Assembly: GCF_009914755.1 (NCBI RefSeq)
Contig: NC_060929.1
Reading direction: 5' to 3' (one strand)
Origin: the human T2T-CHM13v2.0 reference genome, Homo sapiens
DNA length: 64,000 nucleotides
Position numbers and translations under genes: made by a program
The notes under the pieces: generated by a model
The model's database searches: none
Seen by the model: the letters and a program-made list of their open reading frames with translations, nothing else
What the model was told of the DNA's origin: nothing
Part shown: positions 1-16,279 of the stretch, one piece after another
Position numbering within the stretch: the stretch's first letter is position 1
Layout: each line of letters opens with the position of its first letter

Positions 1-18
1 CTAGTTAAATGGGAAGTG

Positions 19-270
19 GTATAAAATAGTGATTAAGAGCCTTTGATTTTACAGCCAAACTGCCTGGATCAACTGTTGGCTTTTCCAAATTAGTTGTGAA
101 TACTGGAGCAAGGTACTGAGCCTTTCTATGCCTTAATTTCCTCATCTGTGAAATGGTGATCCTAGTAGTACATCCCTCATGAAGTTTCCTGGATTAAATA
201 CAATAGTAAATATAAACTATTTAGAATAGATCCTAGCACATAGTATGCAATCACACTGGCTAGTACTGTT
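19..270 (+). mobile_element. MIR SINE
   Basis: MIR core 'ctttctatgccttaatttcctcatctgtgaaatgg' with typical 3' 'cctagcacatagta'. Confidence 0.75.
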
Positions 271-3200
271 ATTAATGATCTTGTCTCAAATTGATGATGA
301 ACATAATTTCCATTAATTTATTCACCAAATTCCAAATTAACACTACTATGTGTTAGTATAGAACATAAGCTCAAATAACAAATGATGTTATATTTAAATA
401 GAGAAAGATTCATATATGTATTTTTTGCCATCAAACAATCATCATTTGGTGGGCCATCTGGTAGTGATTATAGTTTTATGGAAATTTGCTGCTGAGGTAA
501 ATAGCTACCACGTGGAGATTGCCCCAGGTCTGGGAAGGCAGAAGACATTCTTCAGGATTTCAAAGGCACATCAGCTGTGCAGTTGCACAGGCATGAATGG
601 AACTGTACATGCCAGGATAACAATCAGGGCATATTGTTCTTTCAGGTTTCAAAGAAAACAAGTATCATACTTAAGAAGTGTAGTCACACTACCCGTGATA
701 TAGTCCTAAGAATAGTGTTGTAATTTGTATGCCGGGTACTTGGTTTTAACAAGGCATTTAATTCTGTTAAGCAAGTTGGTAGGTTGGAAAATCTTTCAAA
801 GGCAGGCTGTGTGTGGAAGTTTATAAGCAACATTTGTTTACTCTGTGAGGAAATGATGGTGAGAGTTATAGATGCAGACGAGAGATAGCAAATGCATTTA
901 CAGTCACTAATAGCACCAAACAAGGCTGCAGTTGTATGCCATTATCATTTGCTATCTGTTTTTTTGTTTGTTTTAAGATGTTCTTTGTTGCCTTCAAAGA
1001 TTGCACTTCAGGTATTAACACTAAGATTAGGTCAGAAAAGAATGCATCCAATCTCTACTGTATTTAGATGGAAAAAGCAAATTATTATTTGGAATATAAA
1101 CAATCTTATTACATATTGTCTGCATGCCAATGTCTGCACACTTGTGGCTCATAGTCACAATGATGAATAACAGTGGTTAGGTTGGTTTACTAAGTTGTGC
1201 ATCACTTTGGTCATATTATCAATCCTTAAGCAGTGAAAGACTCTCCTAAATGTCTATAGATCGCCCTTGAAAGTTAGAGATAAGTTTCATCATCTTGGTG
1301 GCATCATCTTTTGCAATCAATCACCAATAACCAACAAATAGAGATTTAGTGGTGGTGTATATAAACAGCACTATGAGAGACAGCATTGTTCAGGAAACAG
1401 AAATCTATGGCATGGTCTTCTTTCCCCAAAGATGGGGCAATAATGCACAGATTACACAGAAGAATTAATCAATAATAAAAAATTACATAATGAAACAACC
1501 TTTATAGTCTTATATAGATGTTACAGGCACATATATATGATAAAGTGCTAGGTCACTGATAGAAATTTTAAGTAGAGAGTTTGTTTATTATGAACTGAAA
1601 TGATTCTAGAAAGATTTGAGAATGAGAGAGAGAGGCTTGATACTATCTTAGAATATTTGGTAGATGAGGAAGGAAATGAGGGAGTATTCGAGATAGGGGG
1701 ATGAACCCAGAGGTGAGGAAACACTAGTCATCCTGTGACTAGAGAGCAAACCAGAACAAGAATATAAAATGCATGTGAAGCCAGCCTTCTAAAAGTAAGG
1801 ATTGCATACCTTTGGAAATAACCAGCAGTCGGCCAGGGTGTGACAAGGCAAAGGATGACCATGGGTCGACAGAATATGAGAATAGTAGAACCTTTGTTGT
1901 TGTGTTTGCTGCTATGTATTTAGGGCTTAGAATAGTCCGGGGCATGGTAGGTGCTTAATGAAGCCCCCACTCTTTTCTGTGATTAGGGGCAGTCTGATAG
2001 ATGATAATGCTGGAAAAGTAGTTTGTGCCAGCCTGCAGGGAAAACAAGTAGAGGGCCATGCAATTGAAACTTTATTATATAGGTTTAGGATTTTTACCTA
2101 GAGGTCACAAATACCCAGGCTTCAGGGTTTATTTAAACCACATGCAACATGGGCAAAAGCCTGTATACATTATGCATTATTCTGAGGTCCATAGCTCTCA
2201 TTGCATATTGAAAGGGATCCAGGCCCCCAAAAGGTTCAGCTTTACCTAAGAAGCAAGGGAGTAGTTAGAAATAATTTTGAGCAAGGGAGTGGCATAAAAT
2301 TAGTAGTTGGGACTATGAATCGGGTATTTGCATGCAGGGGGAAGGAGAGAATAGAGGCTCTAAAACAAAGGAAAGCAGGTGGGAGGTTCTGGCAGGCTGG
2401 AGGGAAAGAGATGCTTGTGAAAGCCCACTGTGGAAGTGATTGTCTTCAAGGAGATAGAGTGAAAGGAGGGTGTTTAAAGGAAAGCTGTGCTGGAGGAATA
2501 CTGACAAAATGCTTATGGAGAAGGTGGGGGAATGGAGGCCAGTGAAAGTAGATTCAGTTTCTAAAGAAATCCATCAGTCAACATTTATTCAAGCCTCTTA
2601 AATCTTCACCACTTTGGTGTAAGACTTTGAAGTAAGGATGATATTCCTGTCACAAGGGGAAGTTAGACCTTCCTTGAAATGCCTGATTTAAAAGATTGGG
2701 GTGTCTGCCTCCCATGTATTAAAAATAAGGACATCTATGTATTATAAACTACAAACTTACATGAATGCTGAAATTAAATTAGTTTCTTTCAAAATTGTCT
2801 GATTTCAAATTTCCAATTAAATTCATGGAAGCTGACATTTCTTCAATATTTTTGGTGCTCCTGTTCTGCAGGTATTTAGTTGACCAATAGGATAATTGAG
2901 TCCTTGCACCCTTTTAATGTCACACACTCCCAAGTGAAGAAATTTCAAATTTTATGGGTATTTCAGAAATAAGAGTCTCTCACTGTGTCAGTGCAAAGTA
3001 GTTTGGGTTGATCATATTTAATGAAAGAATATTAGACTCCTGAAAAATAACTTATGCCAGCACTGACTGTGTGGTCAAAAAATCTTATACCTATCCCTCA
3101 GGTAATACAAATATTTGGGGACCATAACATTAGGGGAATGCACATATTTGCTTTCGATCATTTAAGTCAGTAGAGAAAATGAACCTCCTGGGTTCTAAAT

Positions 3201-5164
3201 TAACCCCACCCAGCTGTTTGCAGATCATCACATCTGGAAAGCAGGTCAAGAGGAAAGGAGATGCTCTCTGGAAAGGTAAAAGCATTTTGCTTTCCAAGCA
3301 GATTCCAAGTCCATCTAGCTGCTGCTTTGTAGGCAAGCCACGAATGGTCTCAAAATCAAAATGGCCTTGACCTCATTATGTGACAGAGAATGTGGTTGTA
3401 ACAGGGCTACTGGCTATGGCCTCTGCTGCCTTAACCGATGCCAAAGCCCTTTACAGACAGCCTGGTGCCTTCCTTGCCGATTTCCACAATGGCAGGTACA
3501 TTAAGGAGTGTCTCTGTGCCTACCGGGTGATGGATGGCTCTCTGGCGGTCTCTGGTGGTCAACATTATAAATGCTTCTAGAGGGAACGGGAATACTTGAC
3601 TCCATTAGAGCAAATGCAAAAACAAACATTTGGAGAATTATGCTAACATTCTCTAGTGTGAACCTAAGTCTGATACTAACTTCTAGCTATGACTCAGATG
3701 GATCACTATGGTATATTGTTTATATGTAATATAGAGTAGCATCTTAGAGTGAGTTATACGTATTTAACTTCTTTAGTGGAAGAAGGTGAAGAATTCATCC
3801 CTTTAAAGTCAATTCATATTTATTCTTACTTTCTCTCTCTCTCTGTCTGTCTCTCCCCCAAATTCACATTTCTTTACTGGTTTTTATAACAGGCAGTTTC
3901 CAAGATGTGACTGTGTGTGTATTTGTGGGCATATTTAAGTAAGTGTGTTAACTTTTTGATTGCCAGCTCTCTGTAGATCTGAACATCAAACCTTTTAATT
4001 ACCACAGTTATAAATGCCCATATTAGCAGCTTGCTTTCTTGTACCAATGAGTGAATTGGAGATAGGTAGTTGTTACGTTAAAGAGAGCTGGTGAATATGC
4101 TTCAACACATACATTTCCACACTGCATCTTACTAGGTACATGAGGGTTCTTTTTACTTCTTTTTTTTTTCTTTCTAATTCTTGGTAGACTATGTATAGTC
4201 AGTGAAATAAACATCACCCATTACTCAGTTCAGTCTTCCCTGAAGTATTAGTATTTCAAACAATCCTATTACCAAAAGATTATTTTGATACTTTATTAAA
4301 AGTCCTACAGCTCTAGCATTGCTATACTCAAACACAGATTTATGCAATTAGGATTATAATGGAAGCTTTATTACAATGATATATAACTTGTATCATCCTA
4401 ATAAAAGTTTCTGTACATAGCAATACTTTAATAACATTGTTTCTGTAACAGTGATTCCTTAGTAATGGAGCTTCTCTTATAGCAACTTCATTATTAGGAA
4501 ATGATTTCAGTAATAGAAATGCAAATAAAGATTTTGAAGGGAGCATTTTATGCATAGCACTATTACAGGCCTGCTATCTTTTCATGCATTACATCTAATC
4601 ATTATAAACTTATGACGCAGATTATAATTATGCTTATTACTATCCTATTACACTTTAGAATTTGTATCCTTTCAAATTATTGAAATTAACTGCCATTTTA
4701 AAATTCAAGGGTTAAAATAATTTAAATTTTAATTAAATTTTGTTTCTAAAGCATTAAAAATGTTTCACAAAATCTTCTCTAATTTGTATTGTATTAGAGA
4801 TTATGTGAACCAATGGCATTCAACCTGGAGTATGTGTACCCTTGGCGGTTGATGAAGACTTCCCAAAGATACATGGGCATGAGAGTTTTAAAGGAATTAA
4901 TTTTCAGATCTTCTATTCCTATATGCCCCCTCTTGTAAAATCCATCTGCTTGAGAAGGCACCTGTGGTTGAGATTTTCCTTGTTCCCCTCCCCTTTTTTA
5001 CTTTCTTCCAGTGTACAAAAGAAAGACATCTGACATCCGACATCCATCCCTTACCATGACATATTGCTTAGCCAGGGCACTGAAAAAGGAGAAATTTGAC
5101 AACCCCTTTATTTAAGGTATCCCCAGGTCCCAATTCACACACATATATATATATTTTAAAATTT

Positions 5165-5465
<301 letters not shown>

Positions 5466-5494
5466 CCAATTCATGTTTTTAAGTCAGGATATAT

Positions 5495-6011
<517 letters not shown>

Positions 6012-7510
6012 GTATGTATGTACTATTAAAAGTATGTATCAATACTATATAATGCCATTAACTCATGATTTCCAAAAATATTTTACTTTATATATTTGCT
6101 TATCAAATTTTATAATATATTTATGTTGTTTTGATCAATTGAATACTAGCAATGATTATGACAACTCAATCAGACATCTAAGTTAACATAGAACAAAATG
6201 GCCACAGGAAATTTTAAAACATAAACTCCTTTGTCTCTCTATTTTTTTGGTTATGAGAAGATGATCAATAAAAAGCTTTTAAGCATAAAATATACATTAG
6301 GATGAAGTTCTTTGAGAGGAGCACAATAGAGATATGAATTCAAGGAGAAATATATAAAATGTCCAATTGTATTGCATATATTTTTTAAGTGAATGATGAT
6401 GGATGTTTATTTTCAATTGAATGCATTTAAGATAATGATGTAATATTAATAGTTGTATTTAAAATTGTCAATATGTACCGTGCATTGGAAATCATATAAT
6501 TTGCAACTATTTAATGAAAACCTTTAGAGGTGAACTTGTGTACCTGGGGTATATAGATAGATGTTTTTTAAATTTAGGTGATGCAAACAAGTTCAGAGAC
6601 ACTGGAATAAAACACTGATTTACAGGAGTAAGGACATAAGTGAAAGTAGAGGCATAAAATTATCTTTATAATTTATATTTTCCTGAGTACCAGCTATAAG
6701 AACAATACCTTCCTTATCAAGTTGAGAAAGTAGGTAAATTATAGAAGCCTGAGGTTCCCGTGGCAGAAAGTCGATTTGACTTGTGTGGACTAACTTAACT
6801 GAAATATCTTCAGTGTTTCACAGAGAAGGTCAGTGTATAAAAAACACATGTACTCCCAATTTGATGAGTAATTCCTAGGAGAGATCCCTTGCCTTTGTAG
6901 GGATGCTGGATTTGTCCCTTGAAGTTTTTGTGAAACGAGCTATTTCTGAGTGGACCCCTCTCCTGAGGCAGAAATGGAGAGGCCGGATGGCTTGGATGCA
7001 TGCTCTGAGACAATTTTACTTCATGCTGGAGATGGCAGCTGTTACAGTACTGGAGGAGCACTGGCTAAGACAGGAAAGAATAAATGAGCCTCTTAGGAGG
7101 AACATGCTAGAAAGGAACTATTTTCTACTTTAAAAAATAAGTGTTGAAGAACATGTGCATGCCCTAAGGTGTGTTTACTGCTAATTATATGAGTTTGACA
7201 GGCACAATTTTGATTTAAATTTTATTTCATGCCATGCTTCAAGTTGAAAGTTTGGATGCCACTTTCTTATTGGGCAAGTTTCATGTCAGTGTATCCACAA
7301 TTGTAAACTGTAATTAATATATAATTTTGTGTGCTGGTTTTTACACTTAATATCATTTTTCAGACCCTAGCCAAGGAAAATAAAGCTTTTTAGAGAAGTG
7401 GTGTGTTAATGCTATAGCCATATTTTATACAAACTGGCACAGAATCTGAGTAAGTTGTGAGCTTTAGTTAATGTGACTTCTTATTTGAATGGCCCGTGAA
7501 GACCAAGGAA

Positions 7511-7676
7511 TAGTCAGTCCTCCATGTCTGCAGGTGTCCATATCTGTGGACATGGAGGGCCAACTATACTAGCCACTTTACATAAGGGACTTGAACATCC
7601 ATGGGTTTTGCTATCTGTGGCAGGGAGGTAGGGGGGTCCTGGAACCATTCCCTGTGAATACCAAAGGATGGCTGTA
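7511..7676 (-). mobile_element. MER2-family DNA transposon (TcMar-Tigger), shortened
   Basis: 'aagggacttgaacatccatgggttttg...ggggtcctggaaccattccctgtgaataccaaaggatggctgta' resembles the MER2 end; TIR-like termini. Confidence 0.7.
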
Positions 7677-8241
7677 CCAGCTCATTGGAAACTCACGTCA
7701 TATAATGCAGGCCTGTTCGTATACAGATTGGAGCCTTGGCAAACTATTTTTGAAAAGTTACTGATCCCTGCACTGGTCAATCTGAAAAGGCATTATCCAA
7801 GGACATAATGTGGTTATAAACATTCAAGAAAGTTGCCCAACCCCATCCCGAGCCCTAACCCTTTGCATGTTCTCTTGCATCAGGTCACTAATTCCTGAAG
7901 GTTGCAGCCTACAGCCAAGTTGAAAGAAGCATAAGGGCTAAGCTAGTTGACTAAAGTCTTTATGGAGTCTATGTGATGTTTTTGTGAAATATTTCAAAGG
8001 AAGGGTTAGTTCTCACATTAAGACAGGGCTACTTAAAACAGTGAGGGACTAATAAAGCAGTTTGTATTGGTGGCAATAATGTAGTTTCATCTTTTTGGAG
8101 GGAAATGTGATCATACAAATCAACAAATACGAAATACAAATATTCCCACTGTTTTTATTCATTCCAAAATTTTTATTATAAGGAAATAATTCATAAAGAG
8201 GAATATATAGTATATATGCATAATTTATAATAGTATAAACT

Positions 8242-8612
<371 letters not shown>

Positions 8613-10379
8613 CTAGATGGAAAATTATGTAATTAAAAGAAAGTTATAAGGACTATGTAAAATATGGAAAATTATATATGAAATAATGTCAACAGGTAAG
8701 AGGAATAATGGAGTCACAAAAGTATATATTCACTATGTGCATAACTGATAGATAGATAGATAGCTATTAATAAAATTTGAGAAGAAATAAACCTTTAAGA
8801 GGCCCTAGTCTGAAGCGTTCATGAACTTCGTTGAGTGTTGCTGGCCTGAAGAGCCACTGGGGAGAAAATGACGGTAAACTCAGAGCTCAACCTTTAAATC
8901 AAGGTTCATCTCATGAGTTCATGTAGAAATCTTTGGTACTAGTTTTCTTTTTGGGTCTTAGACTCTCTTTTTGGGTCATAGACTTTCTTGTCTAGAAAAT
9001 ACTGAACTAGATCCAAACTATTAAAAACACAATTCTTAAAATTTCAGCAGAAGTTGGGGAAATGTAAGAAATTGATATGATCAGGAAGTGGGATTAGACT
9101 ATACTTTTTAAAAATCTTGACATTATTAAGTTGCTTAAAGTTTTAATAAAACACTTTTTAAAAATAAGAAGTTGTCATTCTTGTCCATATGTATCAGTTT
9201 ATTTGTCTCCCCTAATACCTTACTTGCAAAACACCATAATACAATGGTTGTCTGAAAAGCTCTATTACTATGTTTATTTGTAGGAGCGTATGATTTCTCA
9301 ATACGGCAGCCTATTAGTAGCATAGTTTTTTGTTATTTAGTTTTAAATTATTAGTATTCTAGAAAGTGGGGAAAATGCCTCATAGTAGCCAGGTTTTTAT
9401 AGGGCAGATCTTTAACATTTTTCGTTATGAGAAGGAGAATCACATATTTTGTAATGGGATTATCGCATGCTTATGAGTTTTCTTCATGGAGTCTCTTTGG
9501 AGAGAGCTAAAGAGAAAAACTAATTTTAGCTTAATGAAATCACTGGGAAATCTGCTTCTGGGTATAAAAGGAATCCTTATATTTTCAAAGTTGGGTAAGA
9601 AGCAGAAAGGAAAAAAACTGTCAGGAGCTATAGCTGTAACTGGAGTATTAGAAATTTATACTGATTATATTTATCTAAAGAGAAGCATTATAGTATTTTA
9701 AAAATCATCTTGAAGATTCATCTCTTTTCTGTTGCTTTAAAATAATATTTGGCACCATTCTAAAAAGTAATGATAGGTAATAGATTGCTATTTTATTTTG
9801 TGTTGCTCATAAAATATCTTCCTGTGCGATAGTTGCCAGACATAAGTATCTGGTTATCAATAAATTAGGCTGGTTTTGTGAATGTATTCTTGGAAATCTT
9901 TGAATTTTCTGGTTGCTGATTTACAGGGGTGTGCCGCAACACACCTAGCTCAAAAGTGGTGTCCTTGGTTTAGTGTGTGTCTCAGAAATAGACTTAAGTC
10001 AAAAATTGTCACCATTCTGTAATGTAATGGAAGAAAAAAAGTAAAGAATTAATGCTTGGAAAGTGCAGGCTTCCAATTGTTTTACTTTAAGATAAAAATA
10101 GAATAAACGTACCACCTGAAAGTTGTTTCATACTGAAGTTCTGTATTTAGTCTTAGCAGGCTTGGCATTGGAAAAACTCAATTTTGTTCTTAGATCTGGA
10201 CATAAGTCTTGGCTCAATCATTTATACATTCCACGACCTTGGATAAGCCATTCCTCCAAATAAATTTCTACAAAATGGGAAGAATACCTACTTTATAGAA
10301 TTGTGAAAATATAGTTGGGTAATATATATTAATGCATAGCTTGGATTTTTTCTTAATCCCAATCTAATAGCAATCCCTG

Positions 10380-10820
10380 GAACTTCTAGTCACCAATATA
10401 TCTCAAATCCATTTATTTTTCTCCATCTTTACTGTCTTCACCCTAATCAAGCCCCTTCTTTCTTGATACAGTAGCTTTCATGGTAGCTTCCTTCCTGCCT
10501 CTTTTGCTTTCTTTTCTCTTCTTGTCTTCATTCTCCACCCAGCAGCCAACATTTTTTTTAAGTGAATAACAGATTCTGTCATAAAGCACTTAAAACTTTC
10601 TGTTGTATTTAAAGTAAGTGCAGGAGGGCAGCTTCCTTCTCTCCCCAGGGCTATCAAGCCACTGGACTCTGCCTTCCTTTCTAGCTTCAGGGTTTCTGCT
10701 GTCTTCTCTCTCTCCCAATATTCCAGCCTTACAGCCTCCTTTCTGCTCTTGAACACATCTAGTTCACTCCCTTCTAATGGTCTTTACTCTTATATCTTTC
10801 TGCCTGAAATGTTCTTCTTC
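10380..10820 (+). mobile_element. L2 LINE fragment
   Basis: L2-type pyrimidine-rich 3' region ('ccagccttacagcctccttt ctgctcttgaacaca...ttctgcctgaaatgttctt'). Confidence 0.6.
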
Positions 10821-11547
10821 AGGTTTAAAATATGACTTTGAAAGTATTAAAAATATACAAAAAGAATTAGGGCTGATGTCTTTACATAAGACTAATTAGG
10901 AAATATATCACTTGTTTTGGTAGTATTTTTCAGGTATATTTTCTTCATTTTATACATTCACTTTCTAGTTTTTCAGTCACTTGTGTAACATCTAACTAGA
11001 TAATATTTTTCCTATCACATTAGACACCTATGTTATACCTGACTGAACCTGTACCTCTACTGTCTGACACCATCACCAATGTTCTGATCTGAGCCTAAAA
11101 ATGACTAACGAATTGCCCTTTCAACACATTTCTTCCTTTAATAACCCAGAAGCAGTCTATTATCTGTTAATTTAAACTGAAAAATAAAAATTTCTGACTT
11201 CTGATTATCCCTGGAATATATTGTTCCTTCGTTTATATTATATTTGTGTGGCTCCAATTTTAAAATGTGCCTCTGAGGTCTTGTTTACCCTCTTACAGCA
11301 TCTTAATCATCACTGCTTTAAACGAAAGAGTGAGAGTTTGAACCCATAATCACATGATGGCATTGCCAGCCCATGGGACTATCCCTCATGGACCTTCTAA
11401 GTTAAATGAACCAGTGCCATGTTTGAATTCCAGGTACAGATGCTCCATCATTTTGCAGTTAACATAGAGCAGTTCCAGAGAAGGCCCAGGCCCCTCTGCC
11501 CTCAACTTCCTTACCTGTCATCTCTCTGTCCCCAACTTTCTTACTAT

Positions 11548-12112
11548 ATAGGGGAGAGAAAAAAAACTTTTCTGTCTACCCTCTAATTGACTGCCTAGGG
11601 CCTGCAAATTAAATTGACAAAAAACAGATTAGCAGGAGAAAAGCCATACAAATTTTACTTGATTTAACATTTTAGTTTTTACGTGCCCTTACAGAAAAGG
11701 CATGGAGACTCAGAGGAGCAGTTAGACCCTGCAGCTTATACACCATTTTAACAAAGGGTGATACATTTGTGGAGAAGTCACAAGAGGAAGCAAAAGGGAT
11801 TTGGGCTTCCAGGGGCACAGATTATAAGAATGTAAATATGAGGAGAAACTAATGGAAGATAAGGGCGATTTTAGTAAGATTTGTTTGTGCAGACCCATCT
11901 CAGTGCCAACATTCTGTGTCCGGTGATACCTGGATGATCTGTTCCAGGTATGGGAGACGGGAGGGGAACACCTTCACAAAGAGAAGTTTATGTCATACTT
12001 TTAGGCAGATGGGGGAGGGTAAAGAGCTCTTTCTGAATTTGCTGCGTTTGAATTACCTTTAGCTCAAAATAGTCCTTAAACTAAAGTAGCATATTGGGGG
12101 AGAGACCCTTCA
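11548..12112 (-). mobile_element. Solo ERV1 LTR, MER34-like
   Basis: 'aaaaaacagattagcaggagaaaag', 'agctcaaaatagtccttaaactaaagtagcatattggggg...cccttca' resemble MER34-family LTR in reverse. Confidence 0.65.
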
Positions 12113-15100
12113 TCTGCTCTGTTTCCCACAGCCCTCAGCACTGAGCAGGTATCAGGGCCCACCCTGCAGAAGCAGGGCTTAGGGTACCTGGTGTGCAGGA
12201 CCACTGCTGGGCTCATCCGTAAAACCCTGCCCTAGATTCGTACCTTGAACCCCATTGCCCATGTGTGCATCTCACACCCCAGACTACCTCAGGAAAGGGA
12301 CAGGTAGAGAGACATGCTAGAAATTGAGTGTCATTTCCTCTGTGTATATTTGAAGGTCACGCTAGCTCTGAAAAGATTTGGAAAGTAAATCAGGGACTTT
12401 GAAATCAAACCTCCAAGTTAAATGACCTTGGGCAAGTTAATTGGCATCTCTAAACCCCAGTTTCCTTATCTTTACAATAATTATATGTCAACCTCTTAGT
12501 ATTATTATTAGAATTTAGGGAGAATCCTAGTAAATGTTCAGTTCATACACTTGTTTGTGTGATTCCCTTTTAGAGGGAATACCCAGTCTAGCTCAGACTC
12601 ACCTTCCCTGATAAGCTTATCACCCACACATTAGGTGCTTTGCTGCCTAATTCTTTCCTGCATTCTTTTTTGACAACAAAGTATTACTGGAGAAAAATGC
12701 AGCATTTATAATTTAAACTAATTATAAACATGTAATTTGTAGCCCATAGTATGTTTGTGCTGTTCCACTTTAATTACGCCCATCAGTTCTTCTCTCTGCT
12801 TTCCTGGCACGCCCCTGGAGTATGCATCACACACGTGAATTACCTGATCTGCACAGACTCCTAGGGGATGGGTGTGCCTCCTATTTTGCAGTGGCGGGGA
12901 GGGTGCTGTCAGAAACCACGTGCCTTGTGTTTCCTTCTGGAATCAGCTATCATTATGACTCTCTTCTTTCCTTTCCTCTATTCATGCTGGAGAAAGCTAG
13001 CCTTTTCCCCTAGGGAAGCAGGTGGTGCTCAATCTTTAGTGAGCATGAGCATTGCCTTGGGAGTTGATCACAGATTTGGAGTGGGTTCCAGGAAATGACA
13101 TGGTCAACAAGCAACCCCAAATGATTCTGATGGTCCTGGGATCACACTGAGAAATCTGCTCTGCTTTTGTATTGCTTACTTCTCCTCAGACTTTACTCCC
13201 ACTGTTTTCTTCTCTGTCTCTTTATCTTTAATCTGACATCCTTCTTGGGATTCTTCTCTATATCTTTGGACTAGGTTTTTTATTCTCAAAACAAACAAAC
13301 AAAATAATTGTTTTTTCCATTGACATGGAGAAAAATGATTGTGGTCCTCTATTCTCCATTATCCACCACACTGTCACCCTCAGGTGAGGGCCGAATAAAC
13401 ATTCTTCTTTCTGCCCTTCTGCACTTGCAGGGGTTTGACTAGAGAGACAGAGAAATTGACAGTATCCTCTACTGACAGCACCTCCTGTCAGGCATTTTTT
13501 TAAAGTGGATGTTTTTACTGGAACAAAACATTTTAATGAAAACATTGACTTGGAACATAACAAGGCTTTTAAATAGAGACTTGGAATCCTTTTTGTATTC
13601 ACTTAAATCTGTTTTATTTTTCTCTCTATGACGCTATATAAAATCTCATCAATATACAAAATCATTCTGAGCCTCAGATTTTCTCATTTTCTCTGGATGA
13701 GAGCTTTGATTAGCTTTTTACAAGTTCTTCATTAGTAATTGGCTTGCTTTTTTGTTTTGTTTTTGGCTGTTGACTCTAATAAGTTTATGTTCTATCAAAG
13801 AATTATTTGAGGATGGTCTGAAAGATGCTACTCTTGTTGTGTTAGGGAATATTACAATTTAAGACTCTTTATAAAACGCAACAAGTGCTATTAGGACTAA
13901 ATGTTCATTTCTTCTTCTTGAGGCTGGTGGCTGGGGTGGGTTGTTCAGTCTTATCATCATGCCTGACCTAGTTGTGCAGCCGTGACTGTTTAATTAATAG
14001 ACATTTACATAAGCTCCTGATTTTCCCCCAGCAAGCTTTATAATGGTCTTGGTGGTTATCTCCTTTTCACCCTGTGAAGTATCAGCAGTGCATTTTCCAT
14101 TTTGCATATCAAAATACAGAGAGATTAAATTATGTACAACAAATTGATAATTGAATAAGTTTGGGAACTCGGAGTTCTGGCATATTAATAGTCTTGCTTA
14201 AAGCAACAATCTATATAGACTCTATAAATATATTCAGACACTGCTCTCTAATCCAGGAGCTGGAGTGGAGACTGTCAGAAGCCCAGGGAGGGAGCCCTTT
14301 GTAGATTTATGCAGGTGTGGGAGAATTAGTTTCTGGCCTCTCTATGGAGCCATGAAAGAAGGTTTTGTTAGTAGAGGAGGTGGTATCTGAGAATTATTGC
14401 TATGATGTCTGTAATTTTTAATAAAAATTCTAGAAAGCCTGGTGGTGTCTGTGTAGTATATGAATTTGATGAACTGTCTTTCTTTGGTTTTGTTTGTTTG
14501 TTGTTGTTGTTTAAACCACCTTCCTAAACACCATTAGACATTTCTTCCTAATTAACAGGCCAAAAATGTCAACAGGGGCAGCTAGAGTAAAGTGTGGCTC
14601 ACTTGTCTTCCTCTGTTCATCCTAGAAATGAGGAGAAACTTGCTGATCTTTCTGGGTACTTAGGTGAGACTTTGGTTTCTTTCCCACATATTTTTTTTCT
14701 TAACATTTTCTCACATTTTTTTCTATGTATATTCTCATATACCTATGAGAGATGGAAATCTGAACTGGTATTTCTTCTTTCCCCCCTTTTTTTCCCCTTT
14801 TTTAAAACTATAAAGTACGATTGCTTGGTGTTCAAACCTTGCCTCTTTGTCTTGACTACTTTCAGAAAATTATTGGATCATAAAGGGATTGCCTTAATCA
14901 TTTAACACCAACATCAACAAAACCAAACAAACAAAAATAGGCAATTTTTCTTCTCCAAACTTACCAAACTTCTCAGTCTTACCTAAAAGATGGAAGTTGG
15001 TACATCTCTCTTAACTCCTTTCCCATTAAACTTGGAGTAGGCTGTTTCTGGCTTATATTCTACGGCCACACTTTGCTTTTCTCCTCCCTGAGTTCTGCCC

Positions 15101-15149
15101 GTCCTTTAAGGTCTGGGCAAGATTAAATACCATATTTTTAAGAAGTCTT

Positions 15150-15445
15150 GGCCGGGTGTGGTGGCTCACACCTGTAATCTCAGCACTTTGGGAGGCCAAG
15201 GCAGGCGGATCACCTGAGGTCAGGAGTTCGAGACCAGCCTGACCAACATGATGAAACCCCGCCTCTACTAAAAATACAAAAATTAGCTGGACATGGTGGC
15301 GTGCACCTCTAGTCCCAACTACTCCGGAGGCTGAGGCAGGAGAATTGCTTGAACCAGGAGGCAGAGGTTGCAGTGAGCCGAGATCATGCCATTGCACTCC
15401 GGCCTGGATGACAGAGCGAGATTCCTTCTCAAAAAAAAAAAAAAA
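15150..15445 (+). mobile_element. Alu (Sx-like)
   Basis: Dimeric Alu; aagtctt flanks on both sides. Confidence 0.95.
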
Positions 15446-16279
15446 GTCTTTGCTGCCGTCTCTCTCCCCGAGTCAGAAGTGACCTCTCCTTTCTTTGAAT
15501 TCCCATATTCCTGGATGTGTACCTTTGAGTAGCCAGGATCACAACCAGCCTATCATATATAACAGTTATTTCTGTAATCCTTGAATGGTAGATGCCCTAA
15601 TGGAGTATGGGGAGGAGAGAGGAGATACCAAATTTCATTTGACTCAAGATCTCTCATAGCTCATGAAAATATACATCCTGCTATACAGACTTATGTTTCC
15701 AACCGTAGCCACACAACACAGTGTTACAGAAAGCATACGATTGAAGCCATACAGCAAGCATTAGATCTGCCTTAAGAAAATAGTGATTAAGTTTCAGGCA
15801 AGCAGGATCTTAAGGAGTATCATCCCAGGGAACAAGGTCTTTCCATCGATAGGGCCTCAGGCCTGGGCCACCTCTGCATCGAAGTTTTCCTTTATTTTAC
15901 TGGTGAGCTCCTCTGTGGCCCTCAGGCACCTCAGATTGTCCTTGGAACACCCTCCACCTTATAGCAGGGAGTGTCTCATTTTTTGCTAGTGCCACTGTGA
16001 TCCCTACATGGTCTTCTCTGGAAGTGTGAGGACTCCCCATGCCTTCCCTCCGAATGGTGAAATTAATTGCTGCCACAGAAGGAATCTTTCTTCGCAGCTT
16101 TTCCTGGTCGCAGTCCTATTACCACGCCCCACCCACCCGACCCCTAACCACTGCCCAGCCATCAGCCATCTCTGCTATTCTCACTAGGGATCTGCTTTTT
16201 CATTCAGGGGACAGGGCATGAGTATTTCACCTTTAGGAGTCTTTCTTCTAGAGGTGCAATTCAAGACTTGTAGTATTGC

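Noticed and set aside
7511-7570. Hairpin resembling a pre-miRNA
   Set aside because: Explained by inverted terminal sequences of a MER2-family transposon.
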